Assembly (NCBI RefSeq): GCF_018350175.1
Contig: NC_058369.1
Location: 21,082,001-21,146,000 of the forward strand
DNA: 64,000 nt
DNA from: Felis catus
Taxonomy: Eukaryota
Direction: 5' to 3'
The notes below the pieces were generated by a model, which saw nothing but the letters and a program-made list of their open reading frames with translations, was not told the origin of the DNA and made no database searches. A program made the translations under genes and the position numbers. The first letter of the stretch is position 1. Each line of letters begins with the position of its first letter. Of the stretch, positions 41,601 to 49,366 are shown piece after piece.

Positions 41601-44600
41601 CCTTCCAGAGGAACTTGTTGGCTAAGAGTGGCAAAGTGCGAAGGTCTGAGTTTGTGACCTGGGTGGTCCCCTCGTTGAAAGCTCCTTTCCTTCTTGCGGC
41701 AGGGGAGACAGGGAAGTAGTGGCAGCTTTGTCCTGTTCTTCCTCACTTTGCTTCTGTCCCCAAGCCTGACTTCCCCCCATCTCCCTCCCTGGGTTTCCCT
41801 CAGGGCCATCTGGGGCTGAGGCTAGAGGGAAGCCTGTGGGCAGCCGTAATCATATCCTCAGTTCACCCCAACCCAAGCCTCCAGAGGGACCTTGTGCCCT
41901 GGAGGGCACACCTGCCCACCCCCCCCCCCCCCCCGGCTTCATACAGGCTGGGGCTTCCCCAGCTTGGGCAAGAAAACCCTTCATCTGTTGGTCCTCCTAT
42001 TCTCTGAGATACAGCCTACCCTCATTTTCTCTTCCATCTCTATGAGCAGTGGAGACCCTGTTCTCACCCCAGCAGCTCATACAGCCTGCTTCCAGTCCCA
42101 GTCCCCCAACCGGTGTTCCCAAAGGGCTTCCAGCCTCTCTCTGGATGAATCAGGTACCCTTCTTGGGCCCAGCTCAAGTCCTGTGGCCTCCAGAGAGACA
42201 CTCAATGTCTCCACACACTTCAGGGTCTTCCCCTCCCTGCCCCTGTGCTGCGGCTTCTAGTGGTGACACCTTGTCTCCATTTCCCTGCTGTCCCCAAGCC
42301 TGGCTGAAACCTGCCCATAGTAGGGACCGCGTGCAGAAAACAGGTGCCCTGCTTTTCCCCAGCAGATGTATCTCTGTTGCAGGACAACAAGGAGACAGCC
42401 CAGGGATTTCTGCAAGATCAGGGTCCCAGGGATTTCTCTCAACAGATGGACTGTCCCAACAGAGAGGATGATGCACAAAAGACCCCGTCAGCCTGGGGCA
42501 TGTAGGCCAGTTGCAGGGTCCTCCCAACCTCAGGGGTCCGTTCCTAACCTGAGCTTTAAGGGTTCTGAGCATTGTTTGGTCTTGTACTTAGAACAGACCA
42601 GCAAAAACCCAGTGTGGCCACGTGTATATGGCTAGATGGGATGAGAGCCTGGGCTACTTCAGGAGGACCCAGAGGCAAACTGAGGAACAGTTTGGTTTTG
42701 GTTGTTAATGTCTGTTTGCACTCAGGTCCCAGGCCGTAGAATTCTACGGATTCTAGAGCGGCATTTCTGACACCTCTACCACCTTCTGAAAATGCATTTT
42801 TAGTCCTTGGGCCACGTATATCTGGCCATCCCAGCCCTAGGGTACCAGATGGTCTGTCTTTCTCCTGTCTACCCATCTCCCTTCTAAGAGAAAGGGCCTG
42901 GCACTTTCCCTTTGTTCTGTCTTCCTGTAGGGAACCCAGACATCTCCAGGTGACTTCAGATGTGGCACTTGGTGGACATGAGGTTTTGTGTGTGATGTGA
43001 CCCTCCGCCTGGGGTCCCTATGTTAACACAGTGTTTCTTGGGGACTGGGGGATGCAGCAATGACCAGCGTTCCCAGGAGGTCCCGGTGGAGGCTCCAGCC
43101 CCGGACCCGGTGGAGGCGCCAGCTTTGGCCCTAGCCTCGGTGGAGGTCCCAGCTCCGTCCCCGGCAGAGGCCTCAGACCCTGCGAAGACCCCAGGTCCAG
43201 TGGAGGCCTCGCTTCCAGCTGCGGTCCCAGCAGAGGCCTCGGGCTCAGAGGAGTCCCCAGTGGAGACCCCAGCCCCGACCCCAGCTGCCCCGGCCCCAGC
43301 AGAGCCTCTGGTACCAGCGGAGGCCCCTGCTCAGTACCCAAGCGAGCAGCTGATCCGGTCCACTTCCGAGGAGAATCAGATCCCGTCCCACCTGCCCGCC
43401 TGCCCGTCGCTCCGTCACATCGCTAGCCTGCAGGGGAGCGCCATCATCGAGCTCTTTCACAGCAGCATTGCCGAGGTAGTGGCCCCAGAGCCGGGCTCGC
43501 TGACTGGTGCTCATGTGGAGAAAGGTGGTACAGTTGGTCCTGGGAGCTGTGGCAGGGCTTGGCTTGGGGTCAGCTGCAGGCTCTTGGACTTCTGTGCTGG
43601 CTTTCCTCCCTAGCTTTAGCTGGTCACAGCTTTGAGGACCTGGGGAGGGAGGTCCTGGGCTGCTCTCCCTGGTCAGTTGTTTTTCCTGTCACCACCTCAC
43701 CCTGGGGCCACCCCTAGCCTTGGGCCCCAGGCACACCCCGCCCCACATCCATCTCCCACCCTTGAATTCTTCTCTGCTTCCAAGTTTATAAATGCATTGA
43801 CAAGATGCAATGAGGGTCTGGTGTCTCCCCGTCTGGGATTGTGGGCATGTCACCGGTATGTGCAGGTCACCAGAGCAGTGGGGCTGATGGGGGGTTGCCC
43901 TGCCCAGAGCTGTTTTCAGGTACAGCCTAGAAGAGAGTTGTGTGCCCCGGCCCTGCTCTGCTGCAGGCCCAGACCCGGCCTTTCTGTATCCAGGTTGAAA
44001 ACGAGGAGCTGAGGCACCTCATGTGGTGCTCAGTGGTGTTCTACCAGACCCCGGGGCTGGAGGTGACCGCCTGCGTGCTGCTCTCCACCAAGGCTGTGTA
44101 CTTCGTGCTGCACGATGGCCTCCGCCGCTACTTCTCAGAGCCACTACAGGGTAGGCACCAGGGCCTGCTGGCACCCAGGAGCTCAGAGCAGTGCCTGAGG
44201 AGACAGGCTGGGCTCTGTCTCTGTAGCTAGCTGTGTGGCTTCAGGCAGCAGCGATTCAGCAGGGCTGGGCAGAGCGTCCCTTGTCTGAGGAAGGGGGTTG
44301 ATAACCACGCTCTTTCCTGGAGCTGTCACAAGAGACCAGAGGCCAGGGCTTGAGTCCGGGCCCAGTGAGTACCCAGGAACTGGCAGTGACGAGGAGGGCT
44401 TGGGCAGCCTCTGTCCTGTGGGGCCTCGGTGGGAGCCTTAGCTAGCGGCCTATTACAGGGCTCCTCGTGACTCTGCTGAGCCAGGCAAGACGTTGCCCCT
44501 GAGGCGTCGTGTGCATAAGAGGTAGCAGTGGCTCCTTGCCAGGCCTCAGCAGACCAGGCTGGCCAGGGGCACCCCTTCCTGCTGGGCACAGCTGTACACC

Positions 44601-46460
44601 TGGGACCCTTGGGCTCCCCTGGCACAGTCAGCCCCACGCTTGGTTCCTGTATTTCCATCATAGATTTCTGGCATCAGAAGAACACGGACTACAACAACAG
44701 TCCCTTCCACATCTCCCAGTGCTTTGTTTTAAAGCTTAGCGACTTGCAGGCAGTCAACGTTGGACTTTTCGACCAGTATTTCCGGCTGACGGGTGAGTGA
44801 CTGCTATGCTTTTTCCTATTTTGGGTGAAGGCCAGCGTCACCAGTGGGCTTCCACCTTCCCCATGTGGGTGCGTTATCGCAGGCTGGGTTATCTCTGCTC
44901 CCAAGTCCGTTCACCGGAGTGGGAGGAAGCGGCTTCAGGAACTGCTGAGCGTGCAGAACCCCCCAGGGCTCAAGCGCGAGGCGGGGACCAAGGCAACCAA
45001 GTGGCTGACGGGCAGGCAGAGTGGGCCCAGGGCTCACGGGCAGGATGTTTCTGACTCACACTTCCTGAAGAGAGAAAGCTAAGCTTTTTCCCTAATGCCT
45101 CTGCATCCCCTTCCAGAAAAATGTCACAGCCCTTCCGGCCTGAGAAATAGCTATCTCTCCAGGCCTCGTGATGCTTTCCCACGTGGGCCCTCATGGCTCT
45201 GTGGTCTCGGGGGGCAGGGACAGAGCCCAGGGGTGGCGGCTTGCAACCGTGACCGGCCCCTTCTCCTGCAGGCTCCTCTCCGGTGCAGGTGGTTACATGC
45301 TTGACACGGGACAGCTACCTGACACACTGCTTCCTCCAGCACCTCATGGCCGTGCTCTCCTCCCTAGAGCGCACACCCTCCCCTGAACCTGTTGATAAGG
45401 ACTTCTACTCTGAGTTTGGGAACAAGACCACAGGTACCCCCCACTTGGCTCAGGCTGCAGACAGGCCACCTGGGCCGATGTCACCGACCTCCTCCCTGAC
45501 CCCAAGGGCTGCAACAGACCCCAGAGCACCTGTCTGTGCCCAGAACCCCTTCTGCCTTCTCACTTTTTGTCTTTCCTGCTTAGCCAGCTAGGGTTTCACA
45601 TGAGCTTTTTCACTGCAGAGCCTCTATCCCAGCAAACCCTCAGCCACTCGGCACATGCATCTCAAGCGTCTGCTCCGCTTTGAGCTGCTGGCCCGTGGGT
45701 GTCCTTCCCAAGCGTGGGAGCCTGGAGCACTCCCCCGCTTCTGACAGCCCCTTATGCCGCCATTCTGTGTGGCGTGGGTTTGCTGGTACTCCGGGCCCCA
45801 CAGCAGGCAAGTTCCAGGCTCTAGCCCCGGTGGCCATCTCTCTCTGCAGGGAAGATGGAAAACTACGAGCTGATCCACTCGAGCCGCGTCAAATTCACCT
45901 ACCCCAGTGAGGAGGAGATTGGGGACCTGACTTTCACTGTGGCCCAGAAGATGGCTGACCCAGAGAAGGCGCCAGCCCTCAGCATCCTGCTGTATGTGCA
46001 GGCGTTCCAGGTGGGCACACCGCCCCCTGGGCGCTGCAGGGGCATGCTGCGCCCCAAAACGCTCCTGCTCACCAGTGCTGAGATCTTTCTCCTGGACGAG
46101 GACTTTGTCCACTACCCATTGCCTGAGTTCGCCAAAGAGCCGCCACAGAGAGACCGGTACCGGCTGGACGACGGCCGCCGTGTCCGAGACCTGGACCGCG
46201 TGCTCATGGGCTACCAGACCTACCCACAGGCCCTCACCCTCATCTTTGACGATGTGCAGGGCCGTGACCTCATGGGCAACGTCACCCCGGACCACTTCGG
46301 GGAAGTAGCAGACGGCCCTGCCAGCAGCAGCCAGGGCCGTGAGGTCCAGTGGCAGGTGTTTGTCCCCAGCGCTGAGAGCCGCGAGAAGCTCATCTCGCTG
46401 CTGGCTCGCCAGTGGGAGGCCCTGTGTGGCCGTGAGCTGCCCGTCGAGCTCACTGGCTAG
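12654..46460 (+). CDS. NISCH: Nischarin / imidazoline receptor antisera-selected protein (complete, 21 exons, 1526 aa)
   Basis: 21 GT-AG exons join to 4581 nt without internal stop: PX domain, leucine-rich repeats ([30 protein letters not shown]), Glu-rich tract, Pro/Ala-rich region, C-terminus ...[13 protein letters not shown]. Confidence 0.98.
14140..14340 (+). mobile_element. MIR SINE fragment
   Basis: gattttaaggtggaaaaactgaggctcagagag...ggcagaacctgagttttgaactcaggtct. Confidence 0.7.
14587..14620 (+). repeat. A34 homopolymer in NISCH intron 1
   Basis: 34 consecutive A. Confidence 0.95.
14899..14982 (+). CDS. NISCH: NISCH exon 2
   Basis: 84 nt; [28 protein letters not shown] (PX domain). 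Confidence 0.96.
15575..15757 (+). CDS. NISCH: NISCH exon 3
   Basis: 183 nt; [20 protein letters not shown]...AHFLHFHFY. Confidence 0.96.
16405..18291 (+). mobile_element. Carnivore SINE with a very large internal CT expansion
   Basis: SINE head tgggtggctcagtcgg...ggagcctgtttgggattc, tail ctgcccctccccagctcgctcatg...A-rich; 16-bp TSD with one mismatch at 16389-16404 and 18292-18307. Confidence 0.9.
16536..18215 (+). repeat. About 1.68 kb polypyrimidine low-complexity repeat (CCCT/CCCTCT/CCCCCT units)
   Basis: Only C and T apart from one G that I can see (16940). Confidence 0.98.
19333..19548 (+). mobile_element. Carnivore (felid-type) SINE
   Basis: gggagtgcctgggtggctcagtcggttaag...gagttcgagccc...ggattctgtgtctccc...A-rich tail. 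Confidence 0.93.
19614..19814. mobile_element. MER20-like hAT-Charlie non-autonomous DNA transposon
   Basis: Ends tggtttctcagcc and ggttgagaaccact; internal ggcactgttgac and gttgtgacaaccaaaa typical of MER20. Confidence 0.8.
20015..21385 (-). mobile_element. Old LINE-1 (L1M-type) 3' fragment, interrupted by a SINE
   Basis: Poly-T at left; L1 3' motifs ggatttgcctattctggacatttcatataaatggaatcatac, gatagccatcctagtgggtgtgaagtgg; degenerate ORF2-like translation [16 protein letters not shown]. Confidence 0.88.
20785..20975 (-). mobile_element. Carnivore SINE nested in the L1
   Basis: Head ccaactgagccatccaggcgcccc; TSD tccttggca at 20760-20768 and 20976-20984. Confidence 0.9.
22648..22856 (+). mobile_element. 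Carnivore SINE
   Basis: ggggtgcctgagtggcttagtc...gagttcaagccc...CT tract, aaaataaa, poly-A. Confidence 0.92.
23890..24215 (+). mobile_element. Ancient L1M fragment (approximate)
   Basis: A-rich, gaatatttatataatcctggggttgggaag...aaaatctctgtg resembling degraded L1 ORF2. Confidence 0.55.
25240..25288 (+). CDS. NISCH: NISCH exon 4
   Basis: 49 nt; [16 protein letters not shown]. Confidence 0.95.
26264..26427 (+). CDS. NISCH: NISCH exon 5
   Basis: 164 nt; [23 protein letters not shown]...FTCRLKYLK. Confidence 0.96.
26793..26888 (+). CDS. NISCH: NISCH exon 6
   Basis: 96 nt; [32 protein letters not shown]. Confidence 0.96.
27440..27625 (+). mobile_element. MIR SINE fragment
   Basis: ccctgtgagatgggtact...cccattttacagttgaggaaacag...ctgggatctgaatccag. 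Confidence 0.75.
28246..28341 (+). CDS. NISCH: NISCH exon 7
   Basis: 96 nt; [32 protein letters not shown]. Confidence 0.96.
28564..28788 (+). mobile_element. Carnivore (felid-type) SINE
   Basis: gtgcctgggtggctcagtcagttaag...(CT)n, A tail; TSD atcaa(t/c)gctgt at 28552-28562 and 28789-28799. Confidence 0.93.
29767..29919 (+). CDS. NISCH: NISCH exon 8
   Basis: 153 nt; [17 protein letters not shown]...[18 protein letters not shown]. Confidence 0.96.
30568..30636 (+). CDS. NISCH: NISCH exon 9
   Basis: 69 nt; [26 protein letters not shown] acceptor. Confidence 0.94.
31140..31325 (+). CDS. NISCH: NISCH exon 10
   Basis: 186 nt; [20 protein letters not shown]...[10 protein letters not shown]. Confidence 0.96.
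31407..31622 (+). mobile_element. Carnivore (felid-type) SINE
   Basis: gggcacacctgggtggctcagtcggttaag...; TSD core aaagaagag at 31390-31398 and 31623-31631. Confidence 0.92.
31735..31863 (+). CDS. NISCH: NISCH exon 11
   Basis: 129 nt; [43 protein letters not shown]. Confidence 0.96.
32979..33092 (+). CDS. NISCH: NISCH exon 12
   Basis: 114 nt; [38 protein letters not shown]. Confidence 0.96.
33447..33558 (+). CDS. NISCH: NISCH exon 13
   Basis: 112 nt; [37 protein letters not shown]. Confidence 0.94.
33840..34035. promoter_or_regulatory. Candidate endothelial enhancer in NISCH intron 13
   Basis: Clustered TCF, ETS, GATA, FOX:ETS, SOX, RUNX, RBPJ and AP-1-like motifs (see findings); motif inference only. 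Confidence 0.45.
34149..34168 (+). CDS. NISCH: Candidate NISCH alternative terminal exon, coding part ((G)ILGDE*)
   Basis: Acceptor ttcacctctgaacccag; in phase with exon 13; TGA 34166-34168; AATAAA at 35200 and 35574. Confidence 0.6.
35740..36130 (-). mobile_element. MIR fragment split by a DNA transposon
   Basis: aagcaacttgcatcctctctgaagttctgttttctcaactgtaaagtgg on the left, agcgcttaacactgctcctggctcac on the right. Confidence 0.6.
35847..36047. mobile_element. Non-autonomous TcMar-Tc2-like DNA transposon (MER104/Kanga-like)
   Basis: Terminal inverted repeats ttcatcgattctaagatgc (35852-35870) and gcatcttagatttgatgaa (36023-36041), 17/19 complementary. Confidence 0.75.
37085..37640 (-). mobile_element. 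Ancient L1M fragment (approximate)
   Basis: catactgccaaactgctctccc, tttttgatctggaagagccttttatagattaaaga; T-rich antisense L1 character. Confidence 0.6.
37764..37888 (+). CDS. NISCH: NISCH exon 14
   Basis: 125 nt; [41 protein letters not shown]. Confidence 0.96.
39007..39056 (+). CDS. NISCH: NISCH exon 15
   Basis: 50 nt; [24 protein letters not shown]. Confidence 0.93.
39261..39438. mobile_element. MER58-like hAT-Charlie fragment
   Basis: aggggtcagca...gagctaagaatg...aaaacctgaagtgtttactttctgaccttttatagaagttt. Confidence 0.55.
39931..41328 (+). CDS. NISCH: NISCH exon 16 (1398 nt)
   Basis: [34 protein letters not shown]...poly-Glu...[16 protein letters not shown]. Confidence 0.97.
43058..43475 (+). 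CDS. NISCH: NISCH exon 17 (Pro/Ala-rich)
   Basis: 418 nt; [15 protein letters not shown]...[13 protein letters not shown]. Confidence 0.92.
43994..44150 (+). CDS. NISCH: NISCH exon 18
   Basis: 157 nt; [24 protein letters not shown]...RRYFSEPLQ. Confidence 0.96.
44664..44792 (+). CDS. NISCH: NISCH exon 19
   Basis: 129 nt; [42 protein letters not shown]. Confidence 0.96.
45272..45433 (+). CDS. NISCH: NISCH exon 20
   Basis: 162 nt; [25 protein letters not shown]...EFGNKTT. Confidence 0.96.
45850..46460 (+). CDS. NISCH: NISCH exon 21 coding part
   Basis: [22 protein letters not shown]...[11 protein letters not shown] 46458-46460. Confidence 0.97.
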
Positions 46461-47048
46461 CCCGGACCACAGCTGGCCCCTGCTGCCTGCCATGCCCACC
46501 CTGGCATCCACTCAGGGCGGGAAGCAGGCTCTCTTTGTCATTTTTAAAGCGTTTTTTCCTCCCTTTTGGGTACCTTCATTTGACTGTCCAGAGAATGTGA
46601 ACATAGGTGTTCAGTTACTTCTTTCCAGTACTGGGAGTGAAAGCGCCGGCACCCTCCAGGACCTCCATGTGCCGCCAGCCTCCTGTGGTCTGTTGCCTGC
46701 CCTGGTGCGGTGTGGCCAGCATTCTAGTGTCGTGTCTTCTGTCGTGGGACTGTTATTAACATGTGGCACCATGGGTCCGATTTATTCTTCTTTGTGTCCT
46801 TTCCTGAAATGTCCAGTCACGTGCTGTCATTGTGCTGTTTGCTGCTAATCGTGAAGCTGGTAGCAAAATACATGTCGGAAGCTCCCGCCCCGTGCAGTTT
46901 TCCAAAGTGGAGGCCTCTGCTGGTCCAGACAAGTGGGAAAGCCCCATGGGGGCAGGAGTCCCCAGGCCTTGGGCTGAGAGGGATGGGGACAGGGGACCTA
47001 GAGCTACCAGCACCGAGTGTGATTCCTGTTGCCTGTTTTCTCTACTCC

Positions 47049-47054
47049 AATAAA
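47049..47054 (+). terminator. NISCH polyadenylation signal AATAAA
   Basis: About 590 nt after the stop, followed by GU/U-rich tctgggtcttttattt. Confidence 0.88.
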
Positions 47055-47950
47055 GCAGAGTTTGACACAGTCTGGGTCTTTTATTTCAAGGGGCACTGGG
47101 GTCCCAGCAGGGCACTGGACCAGGGCAGGGCTGGCATGAGGAAGAGGGTACCCTAGAGAAGCAGGAAGGTGAGCTACGGGGGGCAAGGAGAAAGCGGGGG
47201 AGGGAGAAGGGCTCGGAGGGCAAAGGAGCTGCTCTTCCAGGGTGGTGCTGGCAGGGGAGTGCCGGCACAGGGGAGGTGTCAGGGGACCCTTGGGATCGGG
47301 CCGTGCTGAGCTGGGGTTAGACCCTGAGCCTCAGGACACACCTGGTACATGGGCTCACTGGCTTTCTGCTTCCTGCAGGTCTGGGATGTCACACCTGGCC
47401 CGGCCCCAGCTGAAGCTGCAGTCTGTTGTGAGGGTAAGGCCTGGAGTCTGGGATTGTGTAGGCTGGGGCCTGGGTGGTCTCACCGGGAGCGCTGGCAGGA
47501 AGATGGCCTGTGGGAGGTGGCGCCAGGTGGTGGATAGGATGTTCCTGTTCTCAGAGAAGTGGGGGTTGCCTCAGGGAGCCCTGCCAGACAAGGACCTGGG
47601 ATGTCTTTGGGAGCCAGTCCCATGTCTCACCCTTTCTCACCCCATTCCTACCCCCAGAGTGGGGCCCTGGAGAGTGAGGAGTCTCAGTTCCCAAGGCCCT
47701 GGGGCCATTTGGGTCAGGCAGGACTGGAGAAGAGGTGAGTGGAGGGTGATCAGCCCAGCTTCCAGCCTACAACTCCTGTTCTTCAGGAGGGTCTGCAGCA
47801 CTCGTCACCCTCAGGAAGGCTGCCCGGGGCTGCGGGGCGGGGGGAGCCACATTTGGGAAGGTCTCTCCACTCACAACCTCCCCAGCCAGATTTCAAAAGC
47901 TAGCCCAGTCGATGGCTCCTCCAGCCAGTGAGGGGAGAGAGGCCTGCTTA

Positions 47951-47984
47951 GGAGGAGGAGAAGGAGGAGGAGGAGGAGGAGGAG
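47951..47984 (+). repeat. (GGA)n microsatellite
   Basis: About 11 GGA units with one interruption, between NISCH and STAB1. Confidence 0.9.
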
Positions 47985-48919
47985 TCAGGTGACAAGGCTT
48001 CTCTCCCTACCAGGCTTTTATTGAAGACATTTACGTGGCTACCAGCCTCTATCTGTTGTGTGTAAACAGGGATGGTGCCAACCAGAGGCAGGGTTCATCA
48101 TGCCCAGGCCTGGCATACACAGGCCTCACCACCTGGGCTACTGTTCCCAGGCCCCATGGACCAGCATGATAGTCAGCCCTTGCCTGAGTCCGTGAGGACA
48201 GAATCTACTGGCAAGGGGCTGCGCTGTGTAGTGCATGGGGCCCTGCAGGCAACAGACCTTAAGCGTTGAGAATGGGACCTTAATACTGATTAGCCAAGCA
48301 ACCTTAGACAAGTGCCCCAGCACTGAGTCTACTTTCCCCACCAGTAACAGGGATGATAAAGGTACCTGCCTGCCTGCCTTCATTCACTCCACAAATCTGT
48401 ACTAAGCATCAACCGTGAGAAACAGCCAGACACCATCCGTGCTTTCCCATAGCTGACATTCCATCAGAGGACAGAGAATAAATGAAATAAAGTGTCAGCT
48501 GGTGGCAAGTGCTAGGAGGTGATGGTAGCTGGTGACCCTTGCTTGACCTGAGGCTGGCCTTGGGGTGAGTCCCTGTGAAAGGATCTGGGGGAACAGCAGC
48601 AGGTTAGGAAGTGGAGAGGCTCATGGCAGAGCAGGCAAGCTCAGGGGCTGGTAGAGGGGTTTGGGGTGCAGTGGGAAGCCAGGAGGCTCCTTGGGAAGAG
48701 GAGGAGGGTGCAAGAACAAGGTGGAGGGTGTGGCTGGGGCAGGTGAGCCAAAGAAGGGTCTGATGCGCTGTCTGCTTAGCACGGGCCCCGCACCTGCTCT
48801 CAGCAGTTGGCAAGGTCAAGACAGGCAGACCTGATTCAGGGGCTGCCCTACCCACAACCGCCAGAGCCCCCCACCCCCAGAGCCTATGAATGATACAGCC
48901 TGGGCTTGCAGACAGGGGC

Positions 48920-49285
48920 TGGACGGTTGTTTACATCGGAATTTGCTTCACACCCTCTGATAAGCCCCAGGCTTGTGGCTGCTGGTGGGCTTGGGGGCAG
49001 TGATACCAAGAGGAGGGTCCCAGGCCAGGAAGCCCCAAACAGGGCCCAGGCTGACCATGCAGGGGTCAGCGGCCAGCACCTTCCCTTCCGCCTGCAGGCT
49101 GCTGATAGCAGAAGGAAATCCTGGCGGGTTCCTGTGGGGGTGAACTGGCGGGGCCTCCAGGCTGCTTTTAAAGCAACTGCCCGCCCCGTCCCACCCGCCT
49201 GTCCTGTGCCTGCCTCCTAAAGCTCGTTCCCCACACTGGCTGCCCTGACTGTCCTGGACGGCGTGCCCGCCAGCCGCCACCAGCC
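48920..49285 (+). promoter_or_regulatory. STAB1 proximal promoter / 5'UTR
   Basis: TTTAAA TATA-like 49167-49172; FOX TGTTTAC 48928-48934; GATA TGATAA 48958-48963; ETS AGGAAA 49113-49118; GC boxes. Confidence 0.6.
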
Positions 49286-49366
49286 ATGGCAGGGCCCCGG
49301 GGCCGCCTCCTGCTCTGCCTCCTGGCCTTCTGCCTAGCAGGCTCCAGCTTCACCAGGGGGCAGAAG
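49286..49366 (+). CDS. STAB1: STAB1 exon 1 coding part
   Basis: GCCATGG Kozak; [27 protein letters not shown]; donor GTGAGT. Confidence 0.95.

Noticed and set aside
45624..46511. 295-aa antisense ORF over NISCH exon 21
   Set aside because: Antisense shadow frame of GC-rich coding sequence; no promoter or splice support
47080..48022. Minus-strand AATAAA at 47080-47085 and 48017-48022 as ends of an antisense transcript
   Set aside because: The first is the U-rich downstream element of the NISCH site; hexamers alone are not evidence of a transcript
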